From Spirochaetia bacterium (GTDB lineage Bacteria; Spirochaetota; Spirochaetia; SP-2023), in contig OZ253665.1 of assembly GCA_965263295.1 (NCBI GenBank), positions 1,856,001 to 1,920,000 of the forward strand: DNA of 64,000 nt, written 5' to 3'. A program made the translations under genes and the position numbers. Shown here piece by piece: positions 32,290-44,074 of this stretch. Positions within the stretch are counted from its first letter, which is position 1. Every line of letters starts with the position of its first letter. The notes beneath the pieces are model-generated. The model saw only the letters and a program-made list of their open reading frames with translations. It was not told the DNA's origin and made no database searches.

Positions 32290-32712
32290 ATGGAGGTTAC
32301 CGTTGTGTTTTATACATTATTATTGGTAAGCTTATTGCTGTCTTTCATTGTATGTCTGTGCGTAGTATTATGGTTAAGAAAACCGATTGATCGGATATTT
32401 CAGCGAATCATCAAAGACCCGGTAAGTTATGCTTGGTCCAAGTTTGTCCACCTTGCCACTTATTCTATCGGTATTGGCAGCGGGGTGAACACTTATAGAC
32501 TTGAGCAATATCTCCCGAACAGAGATGGCGAAATACAGAATTTTAATACGGCAAGATGGGCCTTGGAAGTATATAAAACTATAATTAATACTTTGCAAGC
32601 GATTAGTTGGCTGTATCTGGTAACTTTTGTTTTTACCTTGCTAGCGTATGCCATCGTACGATCCTATGAGATTAAGCAAGGCAATAATTCTTCTAATAAC
32701 GAAGCGCAATAA
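32290..32712 (+). CDS. Hypothetical membrane protein (~3 TM)
   Basis: 140-aa ORF with three hydrophobic segments; no function recognised. Confidence 0.7.
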   Translation: MEVTVVFYTLLLVSLLLSFIVCLCVVLWLRKPIDRIFQRIIKDPVSYAWSKFVHLATYSIGIGSGVNTYRLEQYLPNRDGEIQNFNTARWALEVYKTIINTLQAISWLYLVTFVFTLLAYAIVRSYEIKQGNNSSNNEAQ

Positions 32713-32741
32713 ATGCTTATCCTCAGCCTGGCACAAATCAT

Positions 32742-32779
32742 AGAGAGAGGCCGGGATATTGAGGGCCCCTCTTTTCTCT
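32742..32779. terminator. Hairpin between convergent genes
   Basis: AGAGAGAGGCC...GGCCCCTCTTTTCTCT imperfect inverted repeat. Confidence 0.4.
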
Positions 32780-34737
32780 CAGCCTTTCAGCAGATTAATT
32801 TTGCCGCCAGCTGCCAGTACTTTACGCTCAAATTCGCTGGCCTGTAGCGTGGTCTTGACGATGCCAGCTTCATGGCCACCTTCATTAAGCTGTAGCAGAA
32901 GTTCTTCAGCTCCGCCCAGTACCTGCTCGCGCAGGCGGGGCACGCCCAAGAGACAGCCCTCTTGTATGCGTTCATAATCCTGTAGATCGGCAAATACTAA
33001 TGGCAGTATACCGTTATTGATCAGGTTGGCGCGATGTATGCGGGCAAAGCTTTTGGTCAATACCACTTTGACTCCCAGGTACAGTGGTGCCAGGGCCGCG
33101 TGTTCGCGGCTCGAACCTTGGCCATAATTTTCTCCACCGACAATTATACTGCCGCCGTACTCTTCGTTGGCGGCTTTGGCATTTGGGGCAAAGTTCGGGT
33201 CGCAGGGGCGTAGACAATGCTCTGCAAGGAATGGAATATTGGAACGGTAGGGTAGCAGGCTGGCGTTAGAAGGCATTATGTGGTCGGTGGTAATGTGGTC
33301 GCCAAGCTTGATTACGACCGGGATGCTGCCCCCCTTGCGGCTGAAGCTCTCGCCGAGCGGCTCCCCCAAGGGAAAAGGCTGAATGTTTGGCCCCCGCACT
33401 ACTTCCCGATCACTTTTCGCCGGGTCGGGAGCCACCAACAAATTGTCATTCTGGCGAAATCTCTCTGGCCAGGGGATATTCCAGTCCATTTGCAACTCGC
33501 GCGGATCAGATATACAGCCTTGTATCGCACTGTAAGCGGCAGTCTCTGGGCTAGCCAGATAGACGTAGGAGTTCTTGGTCCCACTGCGGCCGCTAAAATT
33601 GCGATTAAAGGTGCGCAGCGACACGCCTTCCGACGGCGGAGCCTGCCCCATGCCAATACATGGCCCGCAACCGGTTTCGAGGATACGGGCACCGGCATCT
33701 AAAATATCATTGAGTGCGCCATTCGCGGTGATCATCGAGAGGACCTGTTTTGAACCGGGGGAAATGGTCAGGCTGACATGGGGGTGAACACAACGCCCCT
33801 TCAGGATAGTTGCGACCCTCATCAAATCCAGATACGAACTGTTAGTGCAACTGCCAATGCAGACCTGGTCCACTTTAGTGCCAACCAGGTTGCTCACTCT
33901 CACCACATTGTCCGGGCTGTGTGGCTTGGCCACGCGCGGCTCCAGAGTGCTCAGATCAATCGTGATATCCAGGTCGTAAACCGCCCCCTCGTCGGCACAC
34001 AGAGCCTGCCAGACAGCCGTGCGCCCTTGACGCTCCAGGTAGTCTTTAGTCTGCTCATCACTGGGAAACAATGAAGTTGTAGCCCCCAATTCCGCACCCA
34101 TGTTGGCAATTGTGGAACGTTCGGGAACACTAAGGTGGCGGACACCGCTACCGCAATACTCAATTACCCGGCCGACGCCTCCCTTGACGCTAAGCTGACG
34201 CAGTACTTCCAGGATGACATCCTTGGCAGCGACACCACCCCGCAGGCGACCTTGCAATTCAACGCCTACGACAGCCGGCATATTGATGGCATAGGGCTGG
34301 CCCCCCATGGCCATCGCCACGTCCTGACCGCCGGCTCCAATGGCAAGCATACCTAAACCGCCAGCGGTTGGAGTGTGGCTGTCCGAACCGATCAGAGTCT
34401 TGCCTGGCGCGCCAAAACGTTCCAAGTGCACTTGGTGGCAAATGCCATTGCCCGGTTTGGAAACCCAAATCTGGTGTTTTTCGGCCACGCTTTGGATGTA
34501 GCGATGGTCGTCGGCACTCTCAAAACCTGCCTGCAGCATATTGTGATCAATATAGGCCACCGACAGATCGGCACGAGTTTTGCCGACCCCCAAGGCTTCC
34601 AGCTGCAAATAAGCCATAGTGCCGGTAGAATCTTGAGTCAAAGTCTGATCAATGCGTATCGCTATTGGCTCTCCAGCTGCCGGCAACTCGCCTGCTCCCA
34701 CCAAGTGGGCTGCAAGGATTTTTTGAGTCAGGTTCAT
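32779..34737 (-). CDS. acn: Aconitate hydratase (short ~650-aa type)
   Basis: DQTLTQDSTGT, DHN, GICHQ, GSDSHT, IGSCTN, CGPCIGMG, RNFSGR, TTDHI, NYGQGSSREHAA. Confidence 0.93.
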   Translation of the reverse strand: MNLTQKILAAHLVGAGELPAAGEPIAIRIDQTLTQDSTGTMAYLQLEALGVGKTRADLSVAYIDHNMLQAGFESADDHRYIQSVAEKHQIWVSKPGNGICHQVHLERFGAPGKTLIGSDSHTPTAGGLGMLAIGAGGQDVAMAMGGQPYAINMPAVVGVELQGRLRGGVAAKDVILEVLRQLSVKGGVGRVIEYCGSGVRHLSVPERSTIANMGAELGATTSLFPSDEQTKDYLERQGRTAVWQALCADEGAVYDLDITIDLSTLEPRVAKPHSPDNVVRVSNLVGTKVDQVCIGSCTNSSYLDLMRVATILKGRCVHPHVSLTISPGSKQVLSMITANGALNDILDAGARILETGCGPCIGMGQAPPSEGVSLRTFNRNFSGRSGTKNSYVYLASPETAAYSAIQGCISDPRELQMDWNIPWPERFRQNDNLLVAPDPAKSDREVVRGPNIQPFPLGEPLGESFSRKGGSIPVVIKLGDHITTDHIMPSNASLLPYRSNIPFLAEHCLRPCDPNFAPNAKAANEEYGGSIIVGGENYGQGSSREHAALAPLYLGVKVVLTKSFARIHRANLINNGILPLVFADLQDYERIQEGCLLGVPRLREQVLGGAEELLLQLNEGGHEAGIVKTTLQASEFERKVLAAGGKINLLKG

Positions 34738-34807
34738 AAGCTTCCTTCAAAGGTTTTTATTTGGGGCTAAATTGATTCATGGCGCATTACAGCGCGAAGT
34801 ACAGGAG

Positions 34808-36175
34808 CTATCCGTTTTGCAAAAGCTGCAATTGTAATTGGGCTTCCAGTTCTTCGTCGGCAATTGAGGTGACGCGGCCTCCTTCATATTGCTGGTCGAC
34901 CCAGGCCTTGATGGCTAGTACCACGGGCGAAGTTTTGCCACATTGGGACTGCGGTAGCTCCGGGTGCTGCTGTTGTAACCAGTGCGCTATGCCGCTGGCC
35001 CCGGAAGTGTTGGAAATCGCCACGGAAACGGGCCGGTTCAACAGGTTCTCCGTATCGAAAATATTGTAAATTTCTTCATTCTTGAGAATGCCATCGGCAT
35101 GGATTCCCGCGCGGGTAATATTGAAGTCGGAGCCGACAAAAGGTGTACGCGCTGGTATTCTATAATTCAGTTCTCGTTCATAGTACTGAGCAATTTCGGT
35201 GATAACCGCAATGTCCATGCCATCTCCAGTGCCACGCAACTGGGCATATTCGAAGACCATGGCCTCCAGAGGACAATTGCCGGTACGCTCGCCAATGCCC
35301 AACAGCGAACAATTGACCGCTGACGCGCCGTAGAGCCAGGCCGCACTGGCGTTGGAGACGGCGCGATAGAAGTCGTTGTGGCCGTGCCATTCCAGCTGTG
35401 CGCTAGGGAATCCGGCATGATGCAGCAGGCCGTAAATGATGCCCCCGACACTGCGCGGAATGGCCACACCCGGAGTGCTGACGCCGTAGCCCATGGTGTC
35501 ACAAACCCTTAGTTTAACAGGGGTCCCCGCCTGTTCTGAGAGCTTGCGCAATTCAATGGCAAAGGGAATGACAAAGCCGTAGATATCGGCGCGGGTAATA
35601 TCTTCAAAGTGACATCGCACTTTGATGCCTGTTTCAAGAGCCGCTTTAACTATGCTGAGGTAATGCTCCATTGCCTGACCGCGCTTCATCTTCAATTTTT
35701 GGAAAATATGGTAATCAGAGCACGAAACCAAAATTCCGGTCTCTTGAATCTGCATATCTTTGACCAACTGGAAGTCCTTTTGAGAAGCGCGGATCCAACT
35801 GGTGATTTGTGGGAATTCATAGCCCAAGGCCCGACAGGCTTCGACAGCGGCGCGGTCTCGCTCGCTGTAAAGAAAAAACTCCGACTGGCGGATCAGCCCC
35901 TTGGGGCCACCCAAGCGGTGCAGGAATTTATACAGCTGGACAATTTGTTCCACTGTATACGGTGTGCGAGACTGCTGACCGTCGCGGAAGGTGGTATCTG
36001 TAATCCAGATATCATCCGGCATGTGAATAGGGACCACACGGTGGTTGAAGGCAATGCGCGGGACTTCAGTATATGGAAAGTGCTCGCGGTACAATTGGGG
36101 CTCGTCGATATCCTGCAAGGCATATTCAAAATTTTTGGCTTCAAGCAGGTTACTTCGCTTAGTCAATTCTAGCAT
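34808..36175 (-). CDS. Re-citrate synthase-like DRE-TIM (LeuA family) enzyme
   Basis: ITDTTFRDGQQ, CSDYHIF, HFEDITRAD, CDTMG, HGHNDF, GIGERTGN, AGIHADG; no LeuA regulatory domain; co-oriented upstream of aconitase. Confidence 0.8.
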   Translation of the reverse strand: MLELTKRSNLLEAKNFEYALQDIDEPQLYREHFPYTEVPRIAFNHRVVPIHMPDDIWITDTTFRDGQQSRTPYTVEQIVQLYKFLHRLGGPKGLIRQSEFFLYSERDRAAVEACRALGYEFPQITSWIRASQKDFQLVKDMQIQETGILVSCSDYHIFQKLKMKRGQAMEHYLSIVKAALETGIKVRCHFEDITRADIYGFVIPFAIELRKLSEQAGTPVKLRVCDTMGYGVSTPGVAIPRSVGGIIYGLLHHAGFPSAQLEWHGHNDFYRAVSNASAAWLYGASAVNCSLLGIGERTGNCPLEAMVFEYAQLRGTGDGMDIAVITEIAQYYERELNYRIPARTPFVGSDFNITRAGIHADGILKNEEIYNIFDTENLLNRPVSVAISNTSGASGIAHWLQQQHPELPQSQCGKTSPVVLAIKAWVDQQYEGGRVTSIADEELEAQLQLQLLQNG

Positions 36176-36360
36176 TAGTAAGGCTCCTTTTAAGGCACTG
36201 AGACTGGCGGCTTCACTATATCCTTACAGGCCAGGCCAAGGGAAACTGGCCACGGGAAACAGACAAAGGGAGAAACAAAATTTCTTTACTACAAATTATC
36301 GGAGCGCATTAGACGACATAAAAGAAGAGCAAGTTTATTTTATACCTGTTGTCACATAGC

Positions 36361-36390
36361 CGTAAGCGGGGCCTTTAGGCCCCGCTTACG
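36361..36390. terminator. Perfect hairpin downstream of ferritin
   Basis: CGTAAGCGGGGCC-TTTA-GGCCCCGCTTACG, 13-bp stem. Confidence 0.6.
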
Positions 36391-36411
36391 AGATTACAAA
36401 ATTTACGGGGT

Positions 36412-36930
36412 CTAGTCTCCTGACTCCGCTGAGCGTTCCAACAAGCGCTCATCAATAGCCAGCAGGGCGGCCACGTTGTCGCCGGCCATTTCCAAGCGAT
36501 CGACAATATCGTCCACAGAAGATTCTTCCTTGCGTTGCTCTGCCAAGAACCACTGCATGAACTCAAAAGTTCCAAAGTCTTTCTCTTCAAAAGCTTGCCC
36601 GACAATCGCATTGATGCGCCTGGTAATAACTTGCTCGTGTTCAAAAGCTTTCTGGAAGCATTCAAGCAGGCTGCCCGGCTGGACCTCAGGTTTTTGGACC
36701 GCTTCCACCAAGGCTTTGCCATGCTTCTCTACAATGTACTCAAAGACTCGCATACCGTGTTCATGCTCTTGGATGAATTGCTGGTGGAACCAGTGGGCTG
36801 CACCATGCCATTTCATTTCATGGCAAGACGCAGACAAGGCTAGATTAGTATAGGCCGAGTTCATTTCAAAGTTAAAATGCTCGTTTAAGCTCGCAAACAT
36901 TTCTTTGCTGACTAATGAGTTATGTCCCAT
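36412..36930 (-). CDS. ftnA: Non-heme ferritin
   Basis: LNEHFNFEMNSAY, QEHEH, HEQVIT, FMQWFLAEQRKEE ferroxidase pattern. Confidence 0.9.
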   Translation of the reverse strand: MGHNSLVSKEMFASLNEHFNFEMNSAYTNLALSASCHEMKWHGAAHWFHQQFIQEHEHGMRVFEYIVEKHGKALVEAVQKPEVQPGSLLECFQKAFEHEQVITRRINAIVGQAFEEKDFGTFEFMQWFLAEQRKEESSVDDIVDRLEMAGDNVAALLAIDERLLERSAESGD

Positions 36931-37012
36931 AGATGTCTCCTCATTGATATTTTATAATATCAATATTATACACAAAACACACAACTAATACAAGTTCATC
37001 TAATATTTTTAT

Positions 37013-37052
37013 GCCCTGGGGATATAATTATATATAATTATATCCCCAGGGC
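37013..37052. repeat. Perfect 40-bp palindrome between 5S rRNA and ferritin
   Basis: GCCCTGGGGATATAATTATA|TATAATTATATCCCCAGGGC is its own reverse complement. Confidence 0.9.
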
Positions 37053-37078
37053 GACTCTGCCCTTAGAATACAAAAAAA

Positions 37079-37188
37079 GCCGGCAACGACCTACTCTCCC
37101 AGCTCTCGCTAGTACCATCGGCGCTGAAGAGCTTAACTACTGAGTTCGGAATGGTTTCAGGTGTTTCCTCTTCGCTATCGTCACCGGC
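37079..37188 (-). rRNA. rrf: 5S rRNA
   Basis: Reverse complement contains GAAACACCTGAAACCATTCCGAACTCAG...GCCGATGGTACT...GGGAGAGTAGGTCGTTGCCGG; terminal helix present. Confidence 0.95.
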
Positions 37189-37241
37189 ATTATCATACAA
37201 AACTATAACGCTCAAATCACGCCAAGGATGGGCAATAATAT

Positions 37242-40186
<2,945 letters not shown>

Positions 40187-40206
40187 ATATTATTACTCAT
40201 CCTTCG

Positions 40207-40279
40207 CTTTGCTGTCAAAGAGCGCCCCCTCTCGCTGGAGGGTGAAGCGTAATTTAATGATCTCATCCTCAACTGTCAA
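40207..40279 (-). promoter_or_regulatory. Dedicated 23S-5S promoter with boxA-like antiterminator
   Basis: Minus strand TTGACA (40279-40274)-17 nt-TAAATT (40256-40251), then GCTCTTTGACA (boxA-like) just before the 23S 5' end. Confidence 0.75.
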
Positions 40280-40311
40280 GCTCATAGCAACACAAAATCT
40301 TAATTTTTTTC

Positions 40312-41547
40312 TCATCCTTGCTGCTGGCGCGACAAAATGCTGGGCACGCGATTCTGACGCAGGCGATAGGCGTCGGGCATCCGCGAGCCCAACAGCGGAC
40401 GCAGATACATGCGGAAAGCATCGGTTATATTAGTGCCGCTCTCGCTAATGAACTCATCAGGCATGGTCCTGGTCTTGCCCGCCACATCCCGCAGGTTGCT
40501 GAGCTGATAGTCGACGGAATAGAAACCCGTGCGATGGATGGTCACAGAACCGTCGGCATCTCCCCACATGGCATACTGAACCGCCTTTTCGCCCACCTCG
40601 CGCGCCTCGCGCTGGTCGACGTCCGAGACACAGCCCACAAAACAGCGCTGCATGTAGCCAAAGGTATCCGCGCGCACGCGCTTGTAAGGTAGCTTGGCCT
40701 TGATTTCGCCACACAAGAGGTCGGCCAAGGCCCCTGTGCCCGAAAGCTGCACGTTGCCGTGGGCATCGCGCTCCACCTCCTTGACCAGATTGAGCGCCAT
40801 AGGCACACCATTGGAATCGTGAATGCCTTCAGAGAGGGCGATCACACAACGCCCATATTTTTCCATGGTCGCCTTCACATCCGCGAGGAACGAAGCGATC
40901 GAAAAAGAGCGCTCCGGCATGTAGATCAGGTGCGGACCGTCATCGGGAAACTTTTTGCCCAAGGCGGAGGCGGCCGTCAGGAATCCCGCGTGGCGTCCCA
41001 TCACCACCCCTAGATAGACGCCGGGCAGCGCCCAGTTGTCCAGATTCGCCCCCATGAAGGCTTGCGCGACAAAGCGCGCCGCCGAAGGGAATCCGGGACA
41101 ATGATCGTTGACCATCAGATCGTTGTCAATCGTCTTGGGGATGTGGATACAGCGCAGGGGATACTTCGCTGCCTGGGCCTGCTCAGAAACGATGCGCACG
41201 GTATCCGAACTATCGTTGCCACCAATATAAAAGAAATAGCCAATCTGGTGCGCCTGAAGGACGCGAAAAATCTCCTGGCAGTATTTCAGGTCGGGCTTGT
41301 CGCGAATGGAGCCCAAGGCCGAAGAAGGAGTCTGCGCCACCATCTCCAGATTGTGGGTGGTCTCCTGAGTCAGGTCAAAAAATTCCTCATCGACGATGCC
41401 CCGCACGCCGTGAAACGCGCCATATACCTTTTCGACGGCGCTGAATTTACGCGATTCCAAAACCACGCCAACCATGGATTGGTTAATTACGGCGGTGGGG
41501 CCACCGCCCTGGGCCACCAGAATTTTGCCACTGTTCAAATTGTCCAT
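40312..41547 (-). CDS. pfp: 6-phosphofructokinase, probably PPi-dependent
   Basis: QGGGPTAVIN, GGND (Asp at the PPi-determining position), PKTIDND, MGRHAG; ATG 41547 follows GGAGG. Confidence 0.88.
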   Translation of the reverse strand: MDNLNSGKILVAQGGGPTAVINQSMVGVVLESRKFSAVEKVYGAFHGVRGIVDEEFFDLTQETTHNLEMVAQTPSSALGSIRDKPDLKYCQEIFRVLQAHQIGYFFYIGGNDSSDTVRIVSEQAQAAKYPLRCIHIPKTIDNDLMVNDHCPGFPSAARFVAQAFMGANLDNWALPGVYLGVVMGRHAGFLTAASALGKKFPDDGPHLIYMPERSFSIASFLADVKATMEKYGRCVIALSEGIHDSNGVPMALNLVKEVERDAHGNVQLSGTGALADLLCGEIKAKLPYKRVRADTFGYMQRCFVGCVSDVDQREAREVGEKAVQYAMWGDADGSVTIHRTGFYSVDYQLSNLRDVAGKTRTMPDEFISESGTNITDAFRMYLRPLLGSRMPDAYRLRQNRVPSILSRQQQG

Positions 41548-42178
41548 ATGAAGACCTCCTTCATCCTCCGGCACAAAGAGCCCGTAATAGCCGCACATTC
41601 TTGTTTATTCCGGTTATTCACTGCCAGCTGCTCCCCGCAGCGCCCTTTGTCCCGTTTCTTTATTTAAATCTGCCAGTCTGCCGGCTAGCAAACTGAAGCC
41701 ACTAGCTCATAGCCTCGGTATCATAACCGCTTGCCGCCCACGCAGCAAGGCAAACCGAGGCAACACAGACTTTGAAGATTCCACGTCGGCGATGACAAAA
41801 ATTCTATTTCTTCCTGATTGACTCAAGCTGCTAAGCATTACAACAACACGCTGAGCCGGATTATCGCAGTCTGCATGAATGGATATTTTAAGCCGGTTAT
41901 AAATAGAAAATAATGAAAAATAACAATTTTTATTTAAAAAAATATTGATTAAAATATAGATTTTTAGTAAATTATACTTATCAGTGGTTAATACCACAAG
42001 CAAATTTCAAATGACAATTCAAAATGGTATTTCATCGAAAATCGAAACTCAAAATGCATTGCAAACAATGTGGAATAAATATCGTTGGTATTTTGCCTGC
42101 CCGGTTTTTGCGTCGGATTTTTGCCCTTTGGGATATCTACTTCGGGGATATCTATTTTGAATTTAAGGGGGCAAGCTT

Positions 42179-44005
42179 ATGTCGACCAAAAACATTTGGG
42201 GGAAAACAAGAAAGTTCAGCATATATATGCTGACTCTCCTGCTACTTGCAGGCTGTGATGACACTGCAAAACACAAAGGAATCCCCAAGAGTGTTTTTCA
42301 CATTAAACAAAAAGATATCGAAAGCCAGGCTTTTACTAATGCATCAGAGCAGTCGATAGTCTACATTGTCGACAAATTTGAGAAAGACGGCGAGCTTGTC
42401 TACGATAGCCATCAACCTGAAGATAAGCGCATCGTCAACCAAAAGATCTGGGATGGGTGCAAAATTGAGTGGGGCCTGCGCAAAAAAGGCACGTCAAAAA
42501 TATACACGTGTGACAAAGAGCAAGTTACAGAAGAGAATAAAGCCGAATTTACTCTGTCGAAGACAATGCCGTCAGGCTTCCCGGTAGAAGAACTGAACCT
42601 CCAAAAGATATCAGGCATAGAAATCAGCGCCCAATTGATTTTGCCTGATGGTACCTCAATTGTAAACGACAAAACTGATGAGAATTTGCTACCCGATGAA
42701 ATTGCTCAAAAACTAATTGGGGAAACTTTAAAGGCAGAAAGTAAAAAAGGTGATGATGTAGATAAAGGCCAAAAAAGCAAGACCCAAACTGAGACTTCTA
42801 GCAGTAAAGGGTCAGGGGTAGAAGCCACAGATAAAGGTGATGATAAAGGCCAAAAAGGACGGATGGGAACCACAGGAGAATCAAGCGCTACCTCCACTAC
42901 TACTGTGACTGAGGAAGGAGAGTCTGAAGTATTAGAGGAAGCCGAAACAGAAGGAACAGTAGCTAAGGAGATAACAACTACTATTACTACTACTGAAGTT
43001 GAATCTACTGAAACTGCTACTGTTCCTTCTGTTTCATCAAAGCTTGCTCAATATGAAAATACGTTGAAATCTAAATTCAAAGAAACTTTTAGCAAATATT
43101 ATGAAAAGGAAAACCAAGTCCTGTCCCTGGGCACAAAAGCGGAAGAACAGGGTGATGATGTCTTGTATGCCCTGTCTTTCGACAGCATTGATTCTTCACA
43201 AGTCAATAAATTTAAGCACTTGTTTTTGAAAACCATACTGTGGAAAAGCAAAGCCAATGGCATGTTTCAGAAAATCAAGAGTACGCAATCCAATTTTTAC
43301 ATCTCCCTGGGAAAGCAAGATCCTGAAAAACTTGTCCTGCGCGTGAAGGACATAGATAAAATAGACGGGTTAAAAAGCTTTTTCACGGATAAAACTTACC
43401 GCGTGGAAAAAATAGACAACAAAGTCACTTTTACATCGACCAAAGGAGGGAAAAAATTGTCGGCATTCATTGCCCCGCAATCGCGCCCGGTAACGGTAAA
43501 TGATCTGCAGGGCAAGAGATTCTGTAACAATGATTTAATCAAAGGAACTGAAGAAGATGCAAATGATAAAATTCATCGCTTTCTCAAATTTCCACCGAAT
43601 ATGAACCGTAAAGAAGGAAAGGATGCGCAATGGCAGTATGAGCGGACTCATAATAATAAAAATTATAAAGTGCATCAGGATATGGAATGGAAATTTAATC
43701 CAGAGAATGGCCTGTTAGAAATCATTACCATGAAAGCTTTTATATTCATTAAGATTAATAATCAAAATGATAAGAGGCATCGCATTAAAGAAGATGAAAA
43801 CTTGAACTGGATGAAAAATTATGAACAGTTTGAACTGAGTGGGTATCTCAAATGGAGCGAAACGGAAAAAGGCAAATTAGTTTTAGAGGCCGAGGGCCCA
43901 TTGCCAAAAACTTGTCAAGATCCAATGAGCTTCTGGTTCTATAAAGACTTTGGTACACATGAATTCAAAGATAAAGTTATCTTGGAGGAATCAAAATCAA
44001 AATAG
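42179..44005 (+). CDS. Putative lipoprotein with Thr/Glu-rich linker
   Basis: Signal ...MLTLLLLAG-C; low-complexity T/E/K/S linker between two globular regions; AT-rich. Confidence 0.75.
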   Translation: MSTKNIWGKTRKFSIYMLTLLLLAGCDDTAKHKGIPKSVFHIKQKDIESQAFTNASEQSIVYIVDKFEKDGELVYDSHQPEDKRIVNQKIWDGCKIEWGLRKKGTSKIYTCDKEQVTEENKAEFTLSKTMPSGFPVEELNLQKISGIEISAQLILPDGTSIVNDKTDENLLPDEIAQKLIGETLKAESKKGDDVDKGQKSKTQTETSSSKGSGVEATDKGDDKGQKGRMGTTGESSATSTTTVTEEGESEVLEEAETEGTVAKEITTTITTTEVESTETATVPSVSSKLAQYENTLKSKFKETFSKYYEKENQVLSLGTKAEEQGDDVLYALSFDSIDSSQVNKFKHLFLKTILWKSKANGMFQKIKSTQSNFYISLGKQDPEKLVLRVKDIDKIDGLKSFFTDKTYRVEKIDNKVTFTSTKGGKKLSAFIAPQSRPVTVNDLQGKRFCNNDLIKGTEEDANDKIHRFLKFPPNMNRKEGKDAQWQYERTHNNKNYKVHQDMEWKFNPENGLLEIITMKAFIFIKINNQNDKRHRIKEDENLNWMKNYEQFELSGYLKWSETEKGKLVLEAEGPLPKTCQDPMSFWFYKDFGTHEFKDKVILEESKSK

Positions 44006-44074
44006 AGAAGAGTGGCCAAAACTCTCTGATAGTTCTTGCTTGATCTTTGGGGCTGTGCCTGTGGCACGCCTCAA

